44,986 nt of DNA, taken from positions 1 through 44,986 of IMG/VR virus record IMGVR_UViG_3300044667_000249. The stretch is one strand, 5' to 3'. The number at the start of each line of letters is the position of its first letter. The stretch's first letter is position 1. A model generated the notes under the pieces. The model had not been told where the DNA came from and did not search any database. It saw only the letters and a program-made list of their open reading frames with translations. The stretch is from a virus. Taxonomy: Duplodnaviria > Caudoviricetes. Position numbers and translations under genes: made by a program. Below are positions 17,601 through 24,450 of this stretch, one piece after another.

Positions 17601-18024
17601 TCGTCGCCCCGGTCATGACAGGGATGAGATCCACGGCGGTGGTTGCGATTGCACCGCCAGTGCTCGCATTGCTCCACCCCGTGTCCGACAGAGAGACCAT
17701 CGTGTCGACTGGTGGCCGCGAGAGCAATTCCAGGGCGTGCGCGGCCTCCCCGAGCCGCACCCGCATCGCGCCGCTCGTCACCTCCAGCAGCGCCACGTCC
17801 TCGGTGGCGGCGACGAACTCGATGAACTCCGCCCCGGTGTCGTTGAGGGACGACCCGAAGTACTGCGTCCCCGGCCGGATCGACATCGGCCCCAGGGTCG
17901 AGGGCAGCCAGTTCTGGAGCATCTCGGCCGAGAGCCGGGTGCGGTCGAGGTCGACGCGCGCGAGGCCCCGGGGGGAGATGATTCCCCGGTTCCAGGACAG
18001 GAGCGGGACGTTCTGGCGGGCCAT
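14632..18024 (-). CDS. Tail tubular protein B (nozzle) with inserted discoidin/F5-8-type-C-like domain; 17 DTG motifs
   Basis: N-terminus SWNRGIISPRGLARVD...NW...GPMSIRPGTQY, plus IRYDQSADVVY, WQEGYWS...GHP and RRYLE motifs. I prefer the ATG at 18024 (purine-rich RBS) over 18084. Confidence 0.88.
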   Translation of the reverse strand: MARQNVPLLSWNRGIISPRGLARVDLDRTRLSAEMLQNWLPSTLGPMSIRPGTQYFGSSLNDTGAEFIEFVAATEDVALLEVTSGAMRVRLGEAAHALELLSRPPVDTMVSLSDTGWSNASTGGAIATTAVDLIPVMTGATTNGVTITASSQDPGNVGFGGAAWQAADDNTTTAWIDTGASKGGDLPSWINVDFGADTGNRKAVRSYSIRAPIFADALDNVPSAWRLIASNFDTGTYAIDTGKWALTDERSAQVGWAVSERRTFERLDADTGTVEPRRHWRLYITAITGGGDASGEVFLPEIELFDATVAQQVRLQGGARILNASAIGSRAVARKRVIVSDTGTEHSLVINIGRGPVALRVGSTAGDDDYIRESVLGTGHHSLAFTPEGNFWITFQSDAIVDRIVSSLSIGDSGPVVLTAPWAHDDLDNIRYDQSADVVYIDCDGVRSSKVERRGTGRSWSVVNYEPNDGPFLPAPSSSAKLRPSSIAGGNITITSDIPFFRPTHVGALFRIFHTGQRWFGRLGQADAVTDPVQVTGISDTGTPENNAERRIVFEVSGTYSGSVAIERSIDGEATGFKPVPNRSFFSGNDTGLVTDAIDTGTFTATIDDPDDNLRVWYRARVVSWASGTAAVHIRYAGGGKTGIARITGYNSNMSVEAETLSRFSDTGFSDNWQEGYWSDARGHPTAVALHGGRLGHAQGGSLFLSVSDDYESFNEDVEGDAGPIIRTLGSGPVDRIRYLVSLLRLLIGTSGAELTARASSLDEPLTPSNSSVAAVSTQGSANIRALKMDTRALMVQRSGVRVYVVGPAQNTIADYEVFDLTLLVPDLLKAGVRSVAVQRQPDTRLHCVLGDGTVAILTYEPNEEVICWFTWVTGNPDPESRTGWVERAMVLPGLSEDAVYYHIRRTINGTTRRYLEKWAMEAECQGDTGLSWLADCAVAYTDTGRTATIPGLSHLAGEDVIVWADDTGAASANPHWPDAGKDLSPDVDGVQTTYTVDTGAGNITLGESVHHAVVGLPYRARWRSSKLAYAAEMGTALAQQKRAPQLALSLYRTHNAAIRFGSDTGRLDPLPRNIAGAAVDADAIFDTLDKVAVPMPSTWHPDTRLVIEARAPRPATVLAAIPTVVTHER

Positions 18025-18144
18025 CTCTTCTCTTTCAGTCTTCCCGTTCAGCGCATCGCGGCGGAGCCGCCCTCTGTACCCCAACCAGCATGCGTGCTAT
18101 CTCCCGTCCCTCGTACTTCGCGGATTGACTGACGGGAGGGGGTC

Positions 18145-19215
18145 ATGTTGGCCAAGGCCGCCGGCGCCGCGCCGGCCAATGCGTTATTCCTGTGCGCGGA
18201 TCGCGCTATGTTCCCAGCCGCGGTGTTCGCCGCACACACCGCCCGCACATACGCTGGCGCCAATTCCTTCGCGATCTTCATGGCTGTCCCGGAGAATGCC
18301 GTCGAGCCTGCGTGGATCGATTGGGCCGAGGCCAATGCAGGCGTGCACGTGAAGGAGGTCGCCGGGCTCGAGCGACGGCTCGGCATGACGCGGACGGGCC
18401 TTGTCGGCATGCCTCTCTCCACCTGCCTCCGCTTCCTGTTCGACCTGGTCGTTCCGTCTGCGTGCAAGCGTTTGCTCTACCTCGACGCCGACGTGCGCGT
18501 GAGCGGCGACCTCTCGCGTCTCTTCGACCTCGACCTTGGCACCCACCTCCTTGCTGCCTGTCACGACGGACCGGTGATGACCATGGGGCGAGATGGGGAC
18601 ACCTGGTACGGGCGCTATATGTCCGAGGCCGGGCACGACCCGGATATCCCCTACTTCAACGCGGGCGTCATGCTGATCGACGCCGTCCGCTGGCAGCACG
18701 AAGGGGTGAGCGACAAGGTCCTCGCCAACATGCGCGACAACCTCGACCGCTACCGCCTCGCCGATCAGAGCGCGCTCAACGCCACGTTCCGCGGCGCCTT
18801 CCAGCCACTCTCTCCGGTCTGGAACTTCATGACCCAACTGTCACCAGGCGGGGAGCTGTCAGGCCTTGTCGAGCCGCGCATCATCCACTTTGCTGGCACC
18901 GAGAAGCCGTGGAAGGTCACCACCTGGAGCCAAGACGACACGGAGCCCGCGCACTACCGCACCTTCTTCCGGCAAACGCCGTGGCGGCACTTCTGCTCGC
19001 CCTGGTCTCAGTCGCCGACCTGGAAGCAGCTGCGGCGCTTCGCGAAGCGCCGCTTCAGGGAGCGCGTCCTGGGCACCCCGCCGCGACCTCGCTGGCTGCC
19101 CGGCTGCCGCGAGCCGATGCTGGCCCGCTACAGGGCGCACATTGGCACATTCGACTTCGCCGACGTGCGGCAGGGGCTGGCGCTGCGCGATGGTGGCGTG
19201 CTGCGCGCGGTCTAG
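18145..19215 (+). CDS. Glycosyltransferase family 8
   Basis: LLYLDAD (DxD), YFNAGVMLID, DQSALN, WNF and IIHFAGTEKPW motifs; GGGAGG RBS. Its stop overlaps the tail tubular A stop (CTAG at 19212-19215). Confidence 0.92.
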   Translation: MLAKAAGAAPANALFLCADRAMFPAAVFAAHTARTYAGANSFAIFMAVPENAVEPAWIDWAEANAGVHVKEVAGLERRLGMTRTGLVGMPLSTCLRFLFDLVVPSACKRLLYLDADVRVSGDLSRLFDLDLGTHLLAACHDGPVMTMGRDGDTWYGRYMSEAGHDPDIPYFNAGVMLIDAVRWQHEGVSDKVLANMRDNLDRYRLADQSALNATFRGAFQPLSPVWNFMTQLSPGGELSGLVEPRIIHFAGTEKPWKVTTWSQDDTEPAHYRTFFRQTPWRHFCSPWSQSPTWKQLRRFAKRRFRERVLGTPPRPRWLPGCREPMLARYRAHIGTFDFADVRQGLALRDGGVLRAV

Positions 19216-19856
19216 CCGATCAGGCTTCCCCGGCTCCCCCTATCCCGCCACCCCCGGGCCCCCTGCCACCTGGCCTGCGTCCACCCCGACGGCGGGGGAA
19301 ACTTGGGCTGGGCATCGTCCATGGCGTCCTGGTTCTTGGCGAGCCGCTTGGCCTTCTCCATGGCCTCCTCCACGTCCTTCTTGAGCGACCGGTTCTGGGT
19401 GAGCTTCATGCACACCCGGGAGGCCAGCTCCAGGGACACGTACCGGGTGAAGAGCGGCGTCCACCGGTCCATGTTCAAGCCCAGCCCCGTATCGTTGGAG
19501 GCATAGCGCACATAGATCGGCGAGTTGTCAGCCGACCAGAACCCCTGGTCGTCGTAGTAGCGGGTGAGGGGATAGGAGAAATACTCGTCCTCCGAGATGG
19601 CCACCGTGCGCACCCAGTCGGTGGGCTTGGCGAACACCTTAGGGTAGCCGAAGGCCGGGACGGTGCCGGTGTCCGCCTCGAGCTTCACCGTCTCGACGAT
19701 GAAGTTCCACGACGCGGCCGAGAGGCACTCCTCCACCACCTGGTCGTGCACGCGCGCCAGCGTGCGCCCGGCCTCCACCCCCTCCCCCGTGTCGGAGAGC
19801 GGGTCGACGCCGAGCTCGTCGACGAGGGCCATGTTCCAGAGGGTGAGCTTGTCCAT
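19212..19856 (-). CDS. Tail tubular protein A (adaptor); 3 DTG motifs
   Basis: LWNMAL...LG, SWNF, PAFGY...KPTDWVR, IYVRY, PLF...LELA and AKNQDAMD pattern; located between the head genes and tubular B. Confidence 0.85.
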   Translation of the reverse strand: MDKLTLWNMALVDELGVDPLSDTGEGVEAGRTLARVHDQVVEECLSAASWNFIVETVKLEADTGTVPAFGYPKVFAKPTDWVRTVAISEDEYFSYPLTRYYDDQGFWSADNSPIYVRYASNDTGLGLNMDRWTPLFTRYVSLELASRVCMKLTQNRSLKKDVEEAMEKAKRLAKNQDAMDDAQPKFPPPSGWTQARWQGARGWRDRGSRGSLIG

Positions 19857-19917
19857 TGGCGCCTCGGGTGGTGGGCAGAGAAAGAGGGAAGCCGGGAGTA
19901 GGGAGCAGCGGCGCGCC

Positions 19918-20448
19918 TCAGGCGGCCTCGGCCTTGGCCGGGCGGCCCTTCCAGACGCCGCCGGTCTTCACGTCCACCGCCCAGGCCCGGTTGTTCTCGG
20001 CGTCCCAGGCCGGGCCGATGCAGGTCACAAGGGCCGCATCCGCGGTGCCTTCCTTGTTGCGGCGCAGGGCGGTGACGACCACCTGGCCGTAGAAGGCGTT
20101 GTCGTCGGAGTGGATGTGGAAGATGGTGCCGAGCCTATCGTGCATGACGGAGGCGGCCACGTTGGCCTGCAGCCCCGGGGCGATCAGCGCCCAGAACTCC
20201 GGCTCCAGGGCATCGGTGAAGTCCCACCCCGCGGGGAGCATGGCCTGCTGGGGATCGGAGAAGTGGCCGATGGGCTTGAGGCGGGAGGTGGGGATGCGCT
20301 TCACCTGCGCCTGGCGCAGGGTCTGGGCGCGCCTGGTGGAGAGGTTCGCCTCGGCTGCAGGCGCGGCGGGCGTGCCGGATGCCGAGGCGGGCTGGCCATT
20401 GGTCGGGCCGGCCTTGGCCGGCGGCTTGGGGGCGGCAGGGTCTGCCAT
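19918..20448 (-). CDS. Hypothetical phage protein (176 aa)
   Basis: ATG at 20448 with AAGGA upstream; phage-like codon usage; DALEPEFWA core. Confidence 0.7.
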   Translation of the reverse strand: MADPAAPKPPAKAGPTNGQPASASGTPAAPAAEANLSTRRAQTLRQAQVKRIPTSRLKPIGHFSDPQQAMLPAGWDFTDALEPEFWALIAPGLQANVAASVMHDRLGTIFHIHSDDNAFYGQVVVTALRRNKEGTADAALVTCIGPAWDAENNRAWAVDVKTGGVWKGRPAKAEAA

Positions 20449-20497
20449 GACGGGTGTGTTCCTTGGATGGTTCGTTGAGCCCAGCGAGGGCATCTAC

Positions 20498-20533
20498 AAA
20501 TGGAAAGGGCCGGCGCCTTGCGGCGACCGGCCC
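20498..20533 (-). terminator. Intrinsic terminator
   Basis: Minus strand GGGCCGGTCGCC-GCAA-GGCGCCGGCCC followed by TTTCCATTT, downstream of the 20561 gene. Confidence 0.7.
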
Positions 20534-20560
20534 GTGCTCATCTTGCGACCCGATGAGCGC

Positions 20561-20896
20561 TTACGGAAGTTGAAAGAGCACGGCGACGCCGACACTGCTG
20601 ACGCCCGCACCAGCGAGCGGGCTGACCGCCCCTACGGATGGCATTGGGGTCGAGAAGAACTGAACGTCGGGCGCGGTCCTGTCATCGATCGGAGCGAAGT
20701 TCGTTGGGGAGATCTCGTTGCTCGCCCGCACCGCAACATTCCCACCGTTGAAATTGCCCCAATAGTGAATCGAAGCAATTCGCAACCCGGCCGAAGGGAA
20801 CGGCTGCCCATCGTCGTTGCCAGATAGGCCGGGCCACTCCACCTTGACGTGACGGGCCGCGAGATTGACTTCCGCAGTATAGTTGATCGTTGCCAT
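20561..20896 (-). CDS. Small beta-rich putative structural protein, lower GC
   Basis: The AAAGGAG RBS fits the ATG at 20896 (20902 is too close). Sequence includes VEWPGLSGNDDGQP...WGNFNGGNVAVRASNE. Confidence 0.75.
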   Translation of the reverse strand: MATINYTAEVNLAARHVKVEWPGLSGNDDGQPFPSAGLRIASIHYWGNFNGGNVAVRASNEISPTNFAPIDDRTAPDVQFFSTPMPSVGAVSPLAGAGVSSVGVAVLFQLP

Positions 20897-20925
20897 GAGC
20901 ATCTCTCCTTTGATGACTGCATCTG

Positions 20926-20962
20926 AAAAATGGCCCCGGCACGATTTTCGTGTGCCGGAGCC
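20926..20962 (-). terminator. Intrinsic terminator after the capsid / 88-aa genes
   Basis: Minus strand GGCTCCGGCAC-loop-GTGCCGGGGCC followed by ATTTTT. Confidence 0.75.
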
Positions 20963-20993
20963 GGTCTTGTCGTGCCGCCTTCAGCGGCGCTGA

Positions 20994-21260
20994 TCAGGCC
21001 GTATCGCTCACCGACGCGAACTGCACACCGGTGTCCTGCGCCTGCAGGGCATCGACGACGAAGCGCGCGGCATCGCCACCGTTGGCGTTGGTGAAGTAGA
21101 GAAGATCGCCGACCTTCATCCCCTTGGTCTTGCCGTCGGTGAAGAAGCCCGTCGCCACCGGCAGGTCGGTACGCACCGACCCGGTGTCCGAGTAGAACCA
21201 GATGCGCGGGCCGGCGATGGCCTGCGGCTGGAGGTTCAGCTTTTCCGTCTTGTAGGCCAT
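20994..21260 (-). CDS. Small capsid-associated (decoration-like) protein; 2 DTG motifs
   Basis: 88 aa, strong AAGGAG RBS, directly after the major capsid gene; GFFTDG..KGMKVGDL core. Function inferred from position. Confidence 0.75.
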   Translation of the reverse strand: MAYKTEKLNLQPQAIAGPRIWFYSDTGSVRTDLPVATGFFTDGKTKGMKVGDLLYFTNANGGDAARFVVDALQAQDTGVQFASVSDTA

Positions 21261-21359
21261 GAGAAGTCTCTCCTTGATGTCTGTTCCGGGCCTCCGAGCC
21301 CGAGCCCCGTCGCACCACTCAAGGGAGAGTGGCGGTCAGAGGCTCAGGATCGGGTCACC

Positions 21360-22193
21360 TCAGATGTTGGAGGCGTCGTGCCGGAACTGGACGATGCCGG
21401 CCTGCTGGAGGATCTGCGCTCCCGTGAACGACGAGGCACGGCAGTAGGAGTAGTCCTGCTCGTCGTTGTAGCCGACGGCCGTGTTGAGGCCCTCGCCCGA
21501 GTCGAACGCCGAGCCGATGGAATCGCGGTGGAAGAAGTAGCACTTCTCATCCGCGGTCCCCACGCCCGACAGGTTGGGGTGGAAGATCCAGTTGAAGCCC
21601 ATCCAGCGCATGGTGCGGCGGATCGGCCCCGTCAGGTACTTCATGTCGACGTAGTCGATCTTGGTGGCCTCGGGGATCATCGAGATGTACCCCTCGACCG
21701 CCGGCGTCGCGACGGCGAACATGTTCTCGATCTCCTGGGTGGGGACCTCGTTCTCACCCAGGGTCACCTTCGCCTTGGCCACCACCGACTGGGAGAACGT
21801 CGTCGGTGCACCGAGGTTGGCGGTCGCCGTATCGAGCTTGGTGATGACATCCGCGTCGATGCGGCGGTTCAGCACCTTGCGCGTGGTCGACTGCATCAGC
21901 GCGCGCTGGTCGCCCTGCGACGCGAAGATGTTGAAGCGGGTCTTGCGGGCAAGGTCATGCCACTCCGTGAGCGTCGCGACAGGCTGGCTCAGCGAGTCGT
22001 TGCGCGCCGGGATGAGACCGTTGAGGCCGCGGGTGGTGGCCTGCGCCCCGCCCGAGCCGCCCACCAGGAACGTCGCCTGGTTGCCCTTGATCACGGCCTC
22101 GGTGACCGTGGTCTGCCGCAGCCAGCTCATGCCCTCCTCGAAGGAGGCGACGAGCTGCTGCCGGAACTGCGTTTGGAATGCACTCTCTGCCAT
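21360..22193 (-). CDS. Major capsid protein
   Basis: AFQTQFRQQLVASFE...LRQT, NRRIDADVI and RWMGFNWIFHP motifs; AGGAG RBS; follows the scaffold gene. Confidence 0.9.
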   Translation of the reverse strand: MAESAFQTQFRQQLVASFEEGMSWLRQTTVTEAVIKGNQATFLVGGSGGAQATTRGLNGLIPARNDSLSQPVATLTEWHDLARKTRFNIFASQGDQRALMQSTTRKVLNRRIDADVITKLDTATANLGAPTTFSQSVVAKAKVTLGENEVPTQEIENMFAVATPAVEGYISMIPEATKIDYVDMKYLTGPIRRTMRWMGFNWIFHPNLSGVGTADEKCYFFHRDSIGSAFDSGEGLNTAVGYNDEQDYSYCRASSFTGAQILQQAGIVQFRHDASNI

Positions 22194-22233
22194 GTTGGCA
22201 TCTCCTGGATAGGTTTGGGGATGCCGTCGTTCC

Positions 22234-22407
22234 GGTTGACCCTTTCCGATGCGCGCGCGGGTTGACCCGCCCCATGACCCTTACGAACCCGGGGGGCAGG
22301 CGCCGCAGGCGCATCCAAGAGCGCTTCACGAACGGTGTGGTGCCGGGCAAGCCCGGCGGTGTGCGACCGCGCCTCTCCGGCGCCGGCCCATCGGGGCCGG
22401 GTTGACC
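22234..22407 (-). repeat. Three GGTCAACC copies in the capsid gene leader
   Basis: Plus-strand GGTTGACC at 22234-22241, 22260-22267 and 22400-22407, in a 300-bp intergenic region. Confidence 0.6.
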
Positions 22408-22494
22408 GGGTATCGCGTGGTCATTGGCTATCGAGCGCTTCCGCTCGATAAGGTGTCGGGCGGGTGACGCCCGAAGTGGTGTTGCGGCTTCCGA

Positions 22495-23679
22495 TCAGAT
22501 AGCCGGAACCTGTACGCCCGCCTTCTGCAGCGAGTCGATGAGCCTCAGCTCCTCCTGCTGGACCGCATCGCTGTTGTACTTCCGCGGATCGGTCTTGCGC
22601 AGCGCCCTCAGCTCCGCAAGCCGCGCCTCCGCCGACTTGGCGCTGCCCGCCCCGTCCTCGGTGACGGTGGCGAAGGGGCGGATGTCCCGCCGCCAGGCGA
22701 TCAGCTGGCGCACGAAGTCCGGATCGTTGCCCAGCAGCTTGCCGTCCTGGGTCCGTGCCAGGAGCATGCGCGCGTAGAGCGAGTTGGCGTTCTTGTCGTC
22801 CGCTCCGCCCGGCGCCTCGTTGAACATGCTCTTGAGCGCGGCCATCTCCCGGCGGAAGGCCGGGCCCAATTCCTCCCGGAACGTGGCGATGATGGCCTGC
22901 TTGGCCTCATCGTCCGCATCGGCCCGGTCGGCCTCGATCTTCGCCTGGTGGGCGTAGTACCAGTCGAGAGCCGCCTTCATCGCCTGCGGGGTGGCGCCGG
23001 CCTTGTGCATGGCGCCGGCGAAGCCCTCCACCAGCGGCTTGTCGGCCTCGCCGATCACCGCCCCGTTCTCCAGGGTCAGCCCCTCCAGGTAGCCCTCGGG
23101 CTTCTCCGGCACGCCGATGGCCTTGTTGTAGGCGGCGATCTCCTCGGGGCTCGCGTCCTTGCCGGGCACCTTGACGAGGCCCCCGCCGTTCAGCTTGTTG
23201 TCCAGCTCGCGGTAGCTGCCGTAGAGCTTGCGTACATCGTCGATGCGCTCCAGGCGCTTCAGCTCGCGCTCGAAGGCCTTCTTGTCGCCGGCCGCCACGT
23301 GCTCGGCGATGGCCTTGCGCATCTCGTCGGTGAGCTTCCAGGCCGGCGGCGTGGCGGCGGCCTTGGCCGCTGCAGCCTCGTCGGCCGCCTTCGTGTCGAC
23401 CTCCTCGCCGGACGCGGCGGCATCGATGGCGGTCTTGGCCTTGCCGGCGGCGCCTTTGTCGGCCTGGCCCTTGTCGCCCTCCGGCTTGTCCGTCCCAGCC
23501 GCCTTGTCGACTCCACCCTGCTCGCCGGCCTTGCCGGCGTCGACCGTCTTGTCGCCCGCCCCCTGGCCCGCTGCGCCGTTTGCCGTCGGCGCGCCCTCAG
23601 CCCCGCCGCCGCCCGTATTGGTCGCGGCTGCTGTCCTCGTCTCGTCGCCGGTCGCGGCGTTCAGGTCATCGGTTGGCAT
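22495..23679 (-). CDS. Capsid scaffolding/assembly protein
   Basis: Low-complexity N-terminus, then LYGSYRELD and VPGKDASPEEIAAYNKAIGVPEKPEGY; directly upstream of the capsid gene. Confidence 0.8.
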   Translation of the reverse strand: MPTDDLNAATGDETRTAAATNTGGGGAEGAPTANGAAGQGAGDKTVDAGKAGEQGGVDKAAGTDKPEGDKGQADKGAAGKAKTAIDAAASGEEVDTKAADEAAAAKAAATPPAWKLTDEMRKAIAEHVAAGDKKAFERELKRLERIDDVRKLYGSYRELDNKLNGGGLVKVPGKDASPEEIAAYNKAIGVPEKPEGYLEGLTLENGAVIGEADKPLVEGFAGAMHKAGATPQAMKAALDWYYAHQAKIEADRADADDEAKQAIIATFREELGPAFRREMAALKSMFNEAPGGADDKNANSLYARMLLARTQDGKLLGNDPDFVRQLIAWRRDIRPFATVTEDGAGSAKSAEARLAELRALRKTDPRKYNSDAVQQEELRLIDSLQKAGVQVPAI

Positions 23680-23721
23680 GCAGTCCTCTGCTCAGGTCCT
23701 GTTTGACTTGTGACTACGCGC

Positions 23722-24009
23722 TCAGCCCCACCGGCGCCTGAAGGTGCCGGCCTGCGCGTACTGCTCGTTGAAGGCGATGGCGTCGCGCTCGTTGCGGATG
23801 GAACGCACGCGCTCGATCATGGGCGCCGGGTCCGTGTAGCGGCCGAGCTGCATCATGATGTGGACATCGAACTGACACTCGCGCATGGCCGCCCGCAGCG
23901 GCTCCGGCAGCCGGTCGAAGGCCGCCATGCGCTCCCGGCGCTCACGGGCCTCGGCCTCGGCCGGGTCCTCGTCGACATAGGCGAGATGGTTGAAGCGCAG
24001 GTAGGACAT
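23722..24009 (-). CDS. Hypothetical protein (MAAFDRLPEPLRAA motif)
   Basis: 95 aa, co-oriented, fills the gap between neighbours with typical codon usage. Confidence 0.7.
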   Translation of the reverse strand: MSYLRFNHLAYVDEDPAEAEARERRERMAAFDRLPEPLRAAMRECQFDVHIMMQLGRYTDPAPMIERVRSIRNERDAIAFNEQYAQAGTFRRRWG

Positions 24010-24028
24010 GGGACACCGAGCCGGTATG

Positions 24029-24436
24029 TCAGATCTCGCGCGCCTTCAGCCTCTCGCCCTGCGGGCCCACCCCTTCCGCGTTGCGGGGCGTATCGGGATC
24101 GATGGCGGACACCTTCAGCACCATCAGCTTGGTGAGCTGCTGGCCGACCGAGCGCTTGCCGTCGATAAATGGGGCCATCTCCGGGTCGCCCACCATCAGC
24201 GCGATGTGGGTGGGGTTCTCGTAGGTCATGGCGGCCTTGTGGACGATCCAGTCCAGCACCCGCTTCACGTCGTAGGGCGTGGGAGCCGACGGCTCCTCGC
24301 CCGGCGGCCAGGGCCGCTCCGCACCCATGGCATAGAGGGCGAGCGCCTGGATGGAGCGCACGTCCTGGGCGTCGTAGTCCGCGAGGAGGAATCTCTCGCG
24401 CGTGGGCGCGGCCTTGCGTGCTGGTGCCTTGCGCAT
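24029..24436 (-). CDS. Conserved portal-adjacent protein (Bbp19-like)
   Basis: KRVLDWI...TY...F.DGKRSVGQQL pattern and position right after the portal gene. Confidence 0.7.
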   Translation of the reverse strand: MRKAPARKAAPTRERFLLADYDAQDVRSIQALALYAMGAERPWPPGEEPSAPTPYDVKRVLDWIVHKAAMTYENPTHIALMVGDPEMAPFIDGKRSVGQQLTKLMVLKVSAIDPDTPRNAEGVGPQGERLKAREI

Positions 24437-24450
24437 CGGATGCTACCGCC

